This document shows, piece by piece, positions 42,170 through 54,366 of a stretch of 64,000 nt of DNA. The notes under the pieces are model-generated. The model saw only the letters and a list, made by a program, of their open reading frames with translations, was not told the origin of the DNA and did no database searches. The stretch is taken from contig OZ076415.1 of NCBI GenBank assembly GCA_964187785.1, forward strand, positions 65,348,001 through 65,412,000, read 5' to 3'. Position numbers and translations under genes: made by a program. How positions within the stretch are numbered: the stretch's first letter is position 1; every line of letters begins with the position of its first letter. This stretch comes from Amphiscolops sp. MND2022. Its lineage: Eukaryota.

Positions 42170-45100
42170 ACCTAGTCAAGTTTGCTTACAGGCTTCTACA
42201 ATTCCCAATGTCGGTGCTGGGCTCTTCGTCAGATGGCAGGCGTACAAAAAGAACAGTGCAGTCATAGATTACCATGGCAAGTACGTCCGCCAGAGCTCAG
42301 TCCGTCCGAGAAGCGGTGCGGACGAAACGTACCACATGGAGCTACCCCCTACGTGCAGTATTTTTTAAATGTAGATGCGAGCAATAAATGTTATCGTCCG
42401 TCATCAAATATTACATAAAGGTCGTTGTATAAACCACTCGCACACACTAGCTAATCTATTTCCTGTTTCCTGTCTTCTTTCCTCTTCTTCTTTCCCTGTA
42501 ATTGTCTTTTTTGCCTCTCGATCTATAAAAAAAGGGGAAGGACCTCTTCCTTCCGTACTCCTCCCATCACAATTTTGGTGCTACTCGATTGTTTACCTTG
42601 TCAAGTTTGCTTACAGGCTTCTACAATTCCCAATGTCGGTGCTGGGCTCTTCGTCAGATGGCAGGCGTACAAGAAGAACAGTGCAGTCATAGATTACCAT
42701 GGTAAGTACGTCCGCCAGAGCTTGGCCCGTCCGAGAAGCAGTGCGGACGAAACGTACCACATGGAGCTACCCCCTACGTGCAGTAATTGTTTTATGTAGA
42801 TGCGAGCAAATGTTATCGTCATCAAATGTTACCTAAAGGTCGTTGTATAAACCACTCGCACACACTAGCTAATCTAGTTCCTGTTCCCTGTCTTCTTTCC
42901 TCTTCTTCTTTCCCTGTAATTGTCTTTTTTGCCTCTCGATCTATAAAAAGGGGAAGGACCTCTTCTTTCCGTACTCCTCCCATCACAATTTTGGTGCTAC
43001 TTGATTGTTAACCTTTTTTGCCTCTCGATCTATAAAAAAAGGGGAAGGACCTCTTCCTTCCGTACTCCTCCCATCACAATTTTGGTGCTACTCGATTGTT
43101 TACCTTGTCAAGTTTGCTTACAGGCTTCTACAATTCCCAATGTCGGTGCTGGGCTCTTCGTCAGATGGCAGGCGTACAAGAAGAACAGTGCAGTCATAGA
43201 TTACCATGGTAAGTACGTCCGCCAGAGCTCGGCCCGTCCGAGAAGCAGTGCGGACGAAACGTACCACATGGAGCTACCCCCTACGTGCAGTAATTGTTTT
43301 ATGTAGATGCGAGCAAATGTTATCGTCATCAAATGTTACCTAAAGGTCGTTGTATAAACCACTCGCACACACTAGCTAATCTAGTTCCTGTTCCCTGTCT
43401 TCTTTCCTCTTCTTCTTTCCCTGTAATTGTCTTTTTTGCCTCTCGATCTATAAAAAAGGGGAAGGACCTCTTCTTTCCGTACTTCTCCCATCACAATTTT
43501 GGTGCTACTTGATTGTTTACCTAGTCAAGTTTGCTTACAGGCTTCTACAATTCCCAATGTCGGTGCTGGGCTCTTCGTCAGATGGCAGGCGTACAAAAAG
43601 AACAGTGCAGTCATAGATTACCATGGCAAGTACGTCCGCCAGAGCTCAGTCCGTCCGAGAAGCGGTGCGGACGAAACGTACCACATGGAGCTACCCCCTA
43701 CGTGCAGTATTTTTTAAATGTAGATGCGAGCAATAAATGTTATCGTCCGTCATCAAATATTACATAAAGGTCGTTGTATAAACCACTCGCACACACTAGC
43801 TAATCTATTTCCTGTTTCCTGTCTTCTTTCCTCTTCTTCTTTCCCTGTAATTGTCTTTTTTGCCTCTCGATCTATAAAAAAAGGGGAAGGACCTCTTCCT
43901 TCCGTACTCCTCCCATCACAATTTTGGTGCTACTCGATTGTTTACCTTGTCAAGTTTGCTTACAGGCTTCAATTCCCAATGTCGGTGCTGGGCTCTTCGT
44001 CAGATGGCAGGCGTACAAGAAGAACAGTGCAGTCATAGATTACCATGGTAAGTACGTCCGCCAGAGCTTGGCCCGTCCGAGAAGCAGTGCGGACGAAACG
44101 TACCACATGGAGCTACCCCCTACGTGCAGTAATTGTTTTATGTAGATGCGAGCAAATGTTATCGTCATCAAATGTTACCTAAAGGTCGTTGTATTAACCA
44201 CTCGCACACACTAGCTAATCTAGTTCCTGTTCCCTGTCTTCTTTCCTCTTCTTCTTTCCCTGTAATTGTCTTTTTTGCCTCTCGATCTATAAAAAGGGGA
44301 AGGACCTCTTCTTTCCGTACTCCTCCCATCACAATTTTGGTGCTACTTGATTGTTTACCTTTTTTGCCTCTCGATCTATAAAAAAAGGGGAAGGACCTCT
44401 TCCTTCCGTACTCCTCCCATCACAATTTTGGTGCTACTCGATTGTTTACCTTGTCAAGTTTGCTTACAGGCTTCTACAATTCCCAATGTCGGTGCTGGGC
44501 TCTTCGTCAGATGGCAGGCGTACAAGAAGAACAGTGCAGTCATAGATTACCATGGTAAGTACGTCCGCCAGAGCTCGGCCCGTCCGAGAAGCAGTGCGGA
44601 CGAAACGTACCACATGGAGCTACCCCCTACGTGCAGTAATTGTTTTATGTAGATGCGAGCAAATGTTATCGTCATCAAATGTTACCTAAAGGTCGTTGTA
44701 TAAACCACTCGCACACACTAGCTAATCTAGTTCCTGTTCCCTGTCTTCTTTCCTCTTCTTCTTTCCCTGTAATTGTCTTTTTTGCCTCTCGATCTATAAA
44801 AAAGGGGAAGGACCTCTTCTTTCCGTACTTCTCCCATCACAATTTTGGTGCTACTTGATTGTTTACCTAGTCAAGTTTGCTTACAGGCTTCTACAATTCC
44901 CAATGTCGGTGCTGGGCTCTTCGTCAGATGGCAGGCGTACAAGAAGAACAGTGCAGTCATAGATTACCATGGCAAGTACCTCCGCCAGAGCTCAGTCCGT
45001 CCGAGAAGCGGTGCGGACGAAACGTACCACATGGAGCTACCCCCTACGTGCAGTATGTTTTTAATGTAGATGCGAGCAATAAATGTTATCGTCATCAAAT

Positions 45101-48100
45101 GTTACCTAAAGGTCGTTGTATAAACCACTCGCACATACTAGCTAATCTATTTCCTGTTCCCTGTCTTCTTTCCTCTTCTTCTTTCACTGTAATTGTCTTT
45201 TTTGCCTCTCGATCTATAAAAAAGGGGAAGGACCTCTTCTTTCCGTATTCCTTTCATCACAATTTTGGTGCTACTTGATTGTTTACCTAGTCAAGTTTGC
45301 TTACAGGCTTCTACAATTCCCAATGTCGGTGCTGGGCTCTTCGTCAGATGGCAGGCGTACAAGAAGAACAGTGCAGTCATAGATTACCATGGTAAGTACG
45401 TCCGCCAGAGCTCAGCCCGTCCGAGAAGCACTGCGGACGAAACGTACCACATGGAGCTACCCCCTACGTTCAGTAATTGTTTTATGTAGATGCGAGCAAT
45501 AAATGTTATCGTCATCAAATGTTACCTAAAGGTCGTTGTATAAACAACTCGCACACACTAGCTAATCTATTTCCTGTTCCCTGTCTTCTTTCCTCTTCTT
45601 CTTTCCCTGTAATTGTCTTTTTTGCCTCTCGATCTATAAAAAAGGGGAAGGACCTCTTCTTTCCGTACTCCTCCCATCACAATTTTGGTGCTACTTGATT
45701 GTTTACCTTGTCAAGTTTGCTTACAGGCTTCTACAATTCCCAATGTCGGTGCTGGGCTTTTCGTCAGATGGCAGGCGTACAAGAAGAACAGTGCAGGCAT
45801 AGATTACCATGGTAAGTACGTCCGCCAGAGCTCAGCCCGTCCGAGAAGCAGTGCGGACGAAACGTACATGGAGCTACCCCCTACGTGCAGTAATTGTTTT
45901 ATGTAGATGCGAGCAAATGTTATCGTCATCAAATGTTACCTAAAGGTCGTTGTATAAACCACTCGCACACACTAGCTAATCTAGTTCCTGTTCCCTGTCT
46001 TCTTTCCTCTTCTTCTTTCCCTGTAATTGTCTTTTTTGCCTCTCGATCTATAAAAAGGGGAAGGACCTCTTCTTTCCGTACTCCTCCCATCACAATTTTG
46101 GTGCTACTTGATTGTTTACCTTTTTTGCCTCTCGATCTATAAAAAAAGGGGAAGGACCTCTTCCTTCCGTACTCCTCCCATCACAATTTTGGTGCTACTC
46201 GATTGTTTACCTTGTCAAGTTTGCTTCTAGGCTTCTACAATTCCCAATGTCGGTGCTGGGCTCTTCGTCAGATGGCAGGCGTACAAGAAGAACAGTGCAG
46301 TCATAGATTACCATGGTAAGTACGTCCGCCAGAGCTCGGCCCGTCCGAGAAGCAGTGCGGACGAAACGTACCACATGGAGCTACCCCCTACGTGCAGTAA
46401 TTGTTTTATGTAGATGCGAGCAAATGTTATCGTCATCAAATGTTACCTAAAGGTCGTTGTATAAACCACTCGCACACACTAGCTAATCTAGTTCCTGTTC
46501 CCTGTCTTCTTTCCTCTTCTTCTTTCCCTGTAATTGTCTTTTTTGCCTCTCGATCTATAAAAAAGGGGAAGGACCTCTTCTTTCCGTATTCCTTTCATCA
46601 CAATTTTGGTGCTACTTGATTGTTTACCTAGTCAAGTTTGCTTACAGGCTTCTACAATTCCCAATGTCGGTGCTGGGCTCTTCGTCAGATGGCATGCGTA
46701 CAAGAAGAACATTGCAGTCATAGATTACCATGGTAAGTACGTCCGCCAGAGCTCAGCCCGTCCGAGAAGCACTGCGGACGAAACGTACCACATGGAGCTA
46801 CCCCCTACGTTCAGTAATTGTTTTATGTAGATGCGAGCAATAAATGTTATCGTCATCAAATGTTACCTAAAGGTCGTTGTATAAACAACTCGCACACACT
46901 AGCTAATCTATTTCCTGTTCCCTGTCTTCTTTCCTCTTCTTCTTTCCCTGTAATTGTCTTTTTTGCCTCTCGATCTATAAAAAAGGGGAAGGACCTCTTC
47001 TTTCCGTACTCCTCCCATCACAATTTTGGTGCTACTTGATTGTTTACCTTGTCAAGTTTGCTTACAGGCTTCTACAATTCCCAATGTCGGTCCTGGGCTT
47101 TTCGTCAGATGGCAGGCGTACAAGAAGAACAGTGCAGTCATAGATTACCATGGTAAGTACGTCCGCCAGAGCTCAGCCCGTCCGAGAAGCAGTGCGGACG
47201 AAACGTACCACACGGAGCTACCCCCTACGTGCAGTAATTGATTTATGTAGATGCGAGCAATAAATGTTATCGTCATCAAATGTTACCTAAAGGTCGTTGT
47301 ATAAACCACTCGCACACACTAGCTAATCTATTTCCTGTTCGTGTCTTCTTTCCTCTTCTTCTTTCCCTGTAATTGTCTTTTTTGCCTCTCGATCTATAAA
47401 AAGGGAAGGACCTCTTCTTTCCGTACTCCTCCCATCACAATTTTGGTGCTACTTGATTGTTTACCTAGTCAAGTTTGCTTACAGGCTTCTACAATTCCCA
47501 ATGTCGGTGCTGGGCTCTTCGTCAGATGGCAGGCGTACAAGAAGAACAGTGCAGTCATAGATTACCATGGCAAGTACGTCCGCCAGAGCTCAGTCCGTCC
47601 GAGAAGCGGTGCGGACGAAACGTACCACATGGAGCTACCCCCTACGTGCAGTATTTTTTTAATGTAGATGCGAGCAATAAATGTTATCGTCCGTCATCAA
47701 ATATTACCTAAAGGTCGTTGTATAAACCACTCGCACACACTAGCTAATCTATTACCTGTTTCCTGTCTTCTTTCCTCTTCTTCTTTCCCTGTAATTGTCT
47801 TTTTTGCCTCTCGATCTATAAAAAAGGGGAAGGACCTCTTCTTTCCGTACTCCTCCCATCACAATTTTGGTGCTACTTGATTGTTTACCTTGTCAAGTTT
47901 GCTTACAGGCTTCTACAATTACTAATGTCGGTGCTGGGCTCTTCGTCAGATGGCAGGCGTACAAGAAGAACAGTGCAGTCATAAATTACCATGGTAAGTA
48001 CGTCCGCCAGAGCTCAGCCCGTCCGAGAAGCAGTGCGGACGAAACGTACCACATGGAGCTACCCCCTACGTGCAGTAATTGTTTTATGTAGATGCGAGCA

Positions 48101-49540
48101 ATAAATGTTATCGTCATCAAATGTTACCTAAAGGTCGTTGTATAAACCACTCGCACACACTAGCTAATCTAGTTCCTGTTCCCTGTCTTCTTTCCTCTTC
48201 TTCTTTCCCTGTAATTGTCTTTTTTGCCTCTCGATCTATAAAAAAGGGGAAGGACCTCTTCTTTCCGTACTCCTCCCATCACAATTTTGGTGCTACTTGA
48301 TTGTTTACCTAGTCAAGTTTGCTTACAGGCTTCTACAATTGTCAATGTCGGTGCTGGGCTCTTCGTCAGATGGCAGGCGTACAAGAAGAACAGTGCAGTC
48401 ATAGATTACCATGGTAAGTACGTCCGCCAGAGCTCAGCCCGTCCGAGAAGCAGTGCGGACGAAACGTACCACATGGAGCTACCCCCTACGTGCAGTAATT
48501 GTTTTATGTAGATGCGAGCAATAAAAGTTATCGTCATCAAATGTTACCTAAAGGTCGTTGTATAAACCACTCGCACACACTAGCTAATCTATTTCCTGTT
48601 CCCTGTCTTCTTTCCTCTTCTTCTTTCCCTGTAATTGTCTTTTTTGCCTCTCGATCTATAAAAAAGGGGAAGGACCTCTTCTTTCCGTACTCCTCCCATC
48701 ACAATTTTGGTGCTACTTGATTGTTTACCTTGTCAAGTTTGCTTACAGGCTTCTACAATTCCCAATGTCGGTGCTGGGCTTTTCGTCAGATGGCAGGCGT
48801 ACAAGAAGAACAGTGCAGTCAAAGATTACCATGGTAAGTACGTCCGCCAGAGCTCAGCCCGTCCGAGAAGCAGTGCGGACGAAACGTACCACATGGAGCT
48901 ACCCCCTACGTGCAGTAATTGATTTATGTAGATGCGAGCAATAAATGTTATCGTCATCAAATGTTACCTAAAGGTCGTTATATAAACCACTCGCACACAT
49001 TAGCTATTCTATTTCCTGTTTCCTGTCTTCTTTCCCTGAATTGTCTTTCTTGCCTCTCGATCTATAAAAAAGGGGAAGGACCTCTTCTTTCCGTACTCCT
49101 CCCATCACAATTTTGGTGCTACTTGATTGTTTACCTTGTCAAGTTTGCTTACAGGCTTCTACAATTCCCAATGTCGGTGCTGGGCTCTTCGTCAGATGGC
49201 AGGCGTACAAGAAGAACAGTGCAGTCATAGATTACCGTGGTAAGTACGTCCGCCAGAGCTCAGCCCGTCCGAGAAGCAGTGCGGACGAAACGTACCACAT
49301 GGAGCTACCCCCTAGGTGCAGTAATTGTTTTATGTAGATGCGAGCAATAAATGTTATCGTAATCAAATGTTACCTAAAGGTCGTTATATAAACCACTCGC
49401 ACACACTAGCTAATCTATTTCCTGTTTCCTGTCTTCTTTCCCTGAATTGTCTTTCTTGCCTCTCGATCTATAAAAAAGGGGATGGACCTCTTCTTTCCGT
49501 ACTCCTCTTATCACAATTTTCGTGCTACTTGATTGTTTGT
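42170..49540 (+). repeat. ~420-bp satellite (17 monomers) equal to the SET exon, with a ~1.34-kb trimeric higher-order structure
   Basis: Repeated ORF fragments in the track at ~420-bp spacing; ~500-bp long variants near 43000, 44350 and 46110; offsets of 1341-1349 bp between matching variants. Confidence 0.93.
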
Positions 49541-49693
49541 AAATATTAGAATACTATAGAATGATAACAGCGTAATAATAATATCTATAGTATTGTAGAG
49601 TATAGTAGTAGTTGCAAAGTATGGGTTGTAAGTAATTGCGTTAAGCAATGTATAGAATAACAGAGTATAGTTTAGTAGGTGTATTGTTTAGTA

Positions 49694-50080
49694 AGTATAT
49701 TTGATTTTGATTTTGATTGTCATATCTCCGACTTCGTAGAAATCAATCCTTCCAGTCGCGAGGGTCCCTTCATCTTACCAAGTATTAGATACGAGCTGCA
49801 ACGGTCCAATTACTGGTATCGTACATGCCATCGTGCGAATCTAATATGGAATAAAGTGTGTTTCTGGAAACCAGAAGGACTAAAAGGAAGAATTCTGAAC
49901 CTCATGTGGATTTATTTCAATAACTTTTTCAACGACCATTCAACCTGCACCTGGACTTTCATTTGTCTTTGTAACTTTTGTCGACTTCGAAACCCCATCT
50001 CTGAACTCTAGACTGTGTCATATTGGGAGAAATCCCTTCGCTTATGCGTAAATTCTTGAAAATAATAATAATAATAATAT
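49694..50080 (+). mobile_element. 5'-truncated CR1/L2-like LINE fragment
   Basis: Reading frame ends ...NLIWNKV...CTWTFICLCNFC, typical of CR1/L2 ORF2 C-termini; (AAT)n tail at 50061-50080; imperfect ~28-bp flanking duplication GAGTATAGTTTAGTA..TATTGTTTAGTA. Confidence 0.65.
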
Positions 50081-50335
50081 AGTTGAGTATAGTTTAGTAA
50101 TATTGTTTAGTATAGTTTTTGTAGTTTGTATAAATTGTTTTAGGAAACTTTTTCATTTTTTTATATTTGTATATAGTGTTTGTGTATAGAAGTTTTAACA
50201 ATTGTTCCAAATGTATAAAGTGTAGATAAACTGTAATACTGTAATATGTTGTGTATAGTGTAAAATTTGTGAATTTTTTTGAGGACAGTTTTAAGTTGTA
50301 AATTTATTTGATGTCTTCCCCATGTTGGTTACGTT

Positions 50336-50661
50336 AGTAGTTAAGATTTCAGCCGGCCTTTCAACGGGGGGGGGGGTCCTCGGTTTTCACGGGGTGGGTC
50401 CTTGCTCTGAAATTTTAGGACCTATCCCTAAAAGGAAGGGGTCCTTCCAAATTGGTGTTCGGAAATACTTCGGCTTTTGACTGCGAAAGTAAATTATTGG
50501 TCGGATTATTTTTGTATTCGTTTTTGGATTTTTGCGAAAGTACATGTAAAAGCGTAGACACTCTTGTTTATTCTTTGAATGCCTGAAAGTTTGGAAAGTA
50601 CTAACCTTGAAATTTTGTTGTAATTGAATTGTAAAGCTGGATTGACTAATACTGGTACAAC
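50336..50661. repeat. Left TIR (326 bp)
   Basis: Reverse complement of 62581-62933. Confidence 0.93.
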
Positions 50662-50888
50662 AACTAAGTCGGGTTGTAGTATTGTTGTGCCAAGCGATCG
50701 ATCGGCCAATAAAAAGTAATCTAGTTTGTCGTATAATTCACACCAAAGTTTAATAGGGTACGAGAGGGTGTGAAATTTATGTACAGTTTTGTTCGAATGC
50801 ATTATTCGTCTGATGTTACGAACGTGTTTTGATAAAAATTCATTATAAAGGAAATATCAGCAGCAGGAAGGAATGCTGAGAATCAAAA

Positions 50889-51305
50889 TTGGAAATGGAC
50901 CCCCAAAAAATAGACGTTGTAAAAGTGCAGCAAACTTTTCATAGACTTTCATTAGACAATTCGGACAAATTCGAAACTTATCAAAAGTATGTGCTAAGTT
51001 TTTGTTTGGTATATCTAAAAAATTGCAACTTCAACAACATTACTTTGGACCATTTGAAATATTTGCTGAAAGAAGAACCAGAAATCAAATGTGAAATTTT
51101 CTACAAGTATTGCAAAGTGTACAGATTATTTGTGATTGTTCGCGACTCGCAAGAGCTTATGGGGACGTTTAGTGACGTGTGTGACTGCTTGGATAGAAGA
51201 ACCAGATTGCAAAAGTTTTGGTCATGCTCAGTTCGCCCTCTCTGGAGCATTTTGAAACTCAAATATTCAGCACAAGCCCACTGGTTCCGTGAATTGGAAT
51301 GTTGA
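50889..51305 (+). CDS. Maverick hypothetical protein, 138 aa
   Basis: First ORF of a compact co-oriented gene run; its stop overlaps the next ATG. Confidence 0.55.
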   Translation: MEMDPQKIDVVKVQQTFHRLSLDNSDKFETYQKYVLSFCLVYLKNCNFNNITLDHLKYLLKEEPEIKCEIFYKYCKVYRLFVIVRDSQELMGTFSDVCDCLDRRTRLQKFWSCSVRPLWSILKLKYSAQAHWFRELEC

Positions 51306-51868
51306 ATGAGAACGAAATTCTTGTTATTGACTTTGAAGGGTTTGACTACAACGGTCTTATCGTTAAAGAGCTGAGCGTTCACAGTAAAAATTATCAAGAA
51401 ACCCTACTTTTTAAACCTCCTCAAGCCTTTTCCACAATTTCAACTATTAACCGCGACTCGATAATATTCTTAACAAAAAGAATACACGGTATTGACTGGG
51501 ACAGTGGCGTTTACCCTTACACTTCTATCCATAATTATTTGGCCAGTTTACGACTTTGTTTTCCCAACGCAATTGTTTTTGTCGACGGACATGTGAAGAG
51601 AGCATTTATCTCCAACTATTTTAAAAAAGTTTACATTTTGCAAAGACTTGGTTGTCCCCCAATTAAACATTTATGTGTTAATGCTGTGGTTTCTTGTGGG
51701 AACCACGCAAACTTTCTCCCATGGAATAGTCAACAAAAACATTTCTGGCATTGCAGCAAATTGAAAACTGCTGTTGCTTATCAGTGGTTAGAGAGTAGGC
51801 GCAATGCAAACCAATCAAAAGTTGACTCCAAACTTGAGCGTCTGTGTGTAGGCTGTTCCAAACAATAG
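51299..51868 (+). CDS. DEDD-like exonuclease-fold protein
   Basis: VIDFEGF...VKEL and HGIDWDSG pattern, as seen in animal Maverick accessory genes. Confidence 0.6.
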   Translation: MLNENEILVIDFEGFDYNGLIVKELSVHSKNYQETLLFKPPQAFSTISTINRDSIIFLTKRIHGIDWDSGVYPYTSIHNYLASLRLCFPNAIVFVDGHVKRAFISNYFKKVYILQRLGCPPIKHLCVNAVVSCGNHANFLPWNSQQKHFWHCSKLKTAVAYQWLESRRNANQSKVDSKLERLCVGCSKQ

Positions 51869-51872
51869 TGGT

Positions 51873-52217
51873 GTGGTGGAAGCAAGCAGGACTTTTGGAA
51901 AGAATATGTCAGTAGCTTCTAGTGCACGAGACTCAAAACTGTCCAGGATGAAAAAGAAACTACCTCCTTTAAACATGCACATTTCCAGGCCACCTCCTCC
52001 TGTCGAAATTGACAAAAATTGCCCGAATCTACCACAAGAAGTGAGGGACGTAGTCAAATCCAAAAGTGTCCTCAGAATTTGGTTCTATTACGGATCTGGG
52101 AAAACTGGCTCAAAATTCAAAATCGATTTGGAAACAAAAGATAAAGAATGGAATTCATTTATAATGCTGGAAACCCAAAGAATATTCGTCTTACCAAGGA
52201 GCAAAAGTTTGAACTGA
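51873..52217 (+). CDS. Maverick hypothetical protein, 114 aa
   Basis: Co-oriented ORF abutting the previous one; no motif. Confidence 0.4.
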   Translation: MVEASRTFGKNMSVASSARDSKLSRMKKKLPPLNMHISRPPPPVEIDKNCPNLPQEVRDVVKSKSVLRIWFYYGSGKTGSKFKIDLETKDKEWNSFIMLETQRIFVLPRSKSLN

Positions 52218-52552
52218 CTTTTTGTGTGATTTGATATAATGCTTTTTTTGTTTTGAAACTAACTCTCTCTGTAGTGTAGTCCTTCGGTGCCTCAATGGCA
52301 AGAAAAATCTTGTCTCTGCACCTTAACCTACCTCAACATTGACAGCCAACAAAAAACTTGTGTAAACGACACACAAGGTCCGGCACGTACTAAGGAAACA
52401 ATGCATGATGTTCCGCAGTACAATTCTTTTGTATCTTTTGTACTAACATTTTATTTAACAATTTTGAACCATTTCTGATATACAACGTGTGTGTAATAAT
52501 GTACAATTAATTGGAATTGAATTTAATAATTTCGTAGTACACTTTTTGAAAA

Positions 52553-52831
52553 ATGGGTTCAGAAACAGTTGATTTACCAGACGTATTATCATGTCAAGAA
52601 ATTGTGTTCGATAAAGAGAATAACGAGAGACCAGCCTGGAAATTTTGTTTTGCTACAAACATACCACGATCGCAAGTTATATTTTTTGTTCATGTATTCT
52701 CAGCTTTCTTTGTGATAACAATTTGTCTGGTGAAACTAATCTTTTTTGAAGTATCATGTGAAGACATGCCATTTTGGACATCACTTTTGGCTGGATCAGT
52801 TGGATATCTTTTACCTAGCCCAAAATTATGA
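52553..52831 (+). CDS. Small two-TM membrane protein typical of Polintons
   Basis: Two hydrophobic segments and C-terminal WTSLLAGSVGYLLPSP; ATGA overlap with the ATPase. Confidence 0.7.
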   Translation: MGSETVDLPDVLSCQEIVFDKENNERPAWKFCFATNIPRSQVIFFVHVFSAFFVITICLVKLIFFEVSCEDMPFWTSLLAGSVGYLLPSPKL

Positions 52832-53553
52832 ACAAAATCATTTTTACTACAGAAAGAGTTTTCATGTCAGTTGTTGGACCATCTGGATCTGGAAAAACCC
52901 GACTGATTTTTTCTATGCTCACATCCAAGACCTTTTATCCACGCTTTCAAAAAATTTACTACTTTTATCGCGAGTTCCAACAAATTTTCAAAGAAGTGGA
53001 AAAACGGATGAACATCGAGTTTATCAGTTGTCTAGATTTTGATTTGATAAAGACGCTTCAGGAGTGTTTGCTGATATTTGACGACTCTTGCGAAGAAATT
53101 TACCAAGATAAAAACTTTGCAAAAATTGCAGTCTCTGGCCGACACAGAGGAATTAACTGTATTTTTGTCAAACATAATTTGTATCATCAAAGTAAGTGGT
53201 CACGTACAATTGACCTCAACACAACCCACATTATTCTTTTTAATTCTCCTCGTGACACACAGCAAATTGAATATCTTGGAAGACAATTAAACAAAGCTGT
53301 ATTTCTAAAAGAGTGCTACACAGACGCTGTTGCAGAACCACATGGTCATTTACTCATTGATTTGGATCCAAAGACAAGTGAATGTCTACGCTTTTGTTCA
53401 AACATTGTAGGACCAGGACCAACAATATTTTATTTGCCTTCGTCACAAGCAAAAATTACAGAAATTAACAATGAGCGAGAAAAATTTGCATACACTCAGT
53501 CTCTTGGAAAAACTCACTTCAGTACAGCAACAAAAACTTCTACGACATTGTGA
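52828..53553 (+). CDS. DNA-packaging ATPase (A32/FtsK-HerA family)
   Basis: Walker A GPSGSGKT, Walker B LLIFDD, GRH and HNLY..SK.SRTI motifs. Confidence 0.92.
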   Translation: MNKIIFTTERVFMSVVGPSGSGKTRLIFSMLTSKTFYPRFQKIYYFYREFQQIFKEVEKRMNIEFISCLDFDLIKTLQECLLIFDDSCEEIYQDKNFAKIAVSGRHRGINCIFVKHNLYHQSKWSRTIDLNTTHIILFNSPRDTQQIEYLGRQLNKAVFLKECYTDAVAEPHGHLLIDLDPKTSECLRFCSNIVGPGPTIFYLPSSQAKITEINNEREKFAYTQSLGKTHFSTATKTSTTL

Positions 53554-53773
53554 CAAGGAATTTTTGAAATTTTGTTGCGAGTGTGCAATCAATGTTGTGA
53601 ATGGAACGGTTGGTATCAACGTGGACGAATTAAAACAGTACGAAATCCAACTCAGATTACTTTGTAAAAGGTCTACCTCCAATAAGGAACGCAGAAAAAT
53701 TTTAATGTCACCAAAAGGTCTCAAATTGTTAAACTTTATTATTCGGCCTTGTTTCTGTTACCTGACAGATTGA
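53471..53773 (+). CDS. Conserved Polinton hypothetical protein
   Basis: ECAINVVNG.V pattern; position after the ATPase. Confidence 0.6.
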   Translation: MSEKNLHTLSLLEKLTSVQQQKLLRHCDKEFLKFCCECAINVVNGTVGINVDELKQYEIQLRLLCKRSTSNKERRKILMSPKGLKLLNFIIRPCFCYLTD

Positions 53774-54366
53774 ATTCCGTTATGAACACCCAAGAATTTG
53801 TACTTATCCCAAAAAGTTTTTATACTCAACAGAAACACTCCACACTGCAAGTTTTGAGAGACCCAGAAGTTGAACAAAAGGCAAAGTCTCTCACTCTACT
53901 GCAAAGAAACAATACTTTTCCGGACCCCTCAACAGTAGAAAAGAAAGAAAAAACCAGTAAAGAAAATATTTTAAAGTCTTTGGATATGCTCACAGCGGCA
54001 CAAAAACAAAGAACGAGAGAAATTTTGAACAAAATTGAATCTTCCGAAACAATTGATTTTGATGAAACAGGCGATATTACAGTAAACAAAATTTCCACAA
54101 AAATTTCGCTCTCAACATTTCTTTATAATCTGCAGCAACCCAACAAAAACCTAACTGATCCTTCATACTCTATCATTCTTAAAGAATTGATGGTAAATCC
54201 TAATTTAGTGCCTAACCGGAACGCCAAAAACATTTTGAACCCTAGTACAACAAGAAAGAGAGCAGAACCCACTCGAGACGAATCAGATGCCAGCAACGAA
54301 GAATCTGAAGAAATTGCTAAAAGCAAAGCGTCTGGATCGAAAATATGGACATCTCTCGGAATCTGA
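53749..54366 (+). CDS. Polinton hypothetical protein, 205 aa
   Basis: FVLIPK N-terminal motif; W.SL C-terminus; precedes the integrase. Confidence 0.6.
   Translation: MFLLPDRLNSVMNTQEFVLIPKSFYTQQKHSTLQVLRDPEVEQKAKSLTLLQRNNTFPDPSTVEKKEKTSKENILKSLDMLTAAQKQRTREILNKIESSETIDFDETGDITVNKISTKISLSTFLYNLQQPNKNLTDPSYSIILKELMVNPNLVPNRNAKNILNPSTTRKRAEPTRDESDASNEESEEIAKSKASGSKIWTSLGI

Noticed and set aside
34579-49549. Dozens of 60-130-aa ORFs as separate genes
   Set aside because: They are frameshifted pieces or alternate frames of the repeated SET unit.
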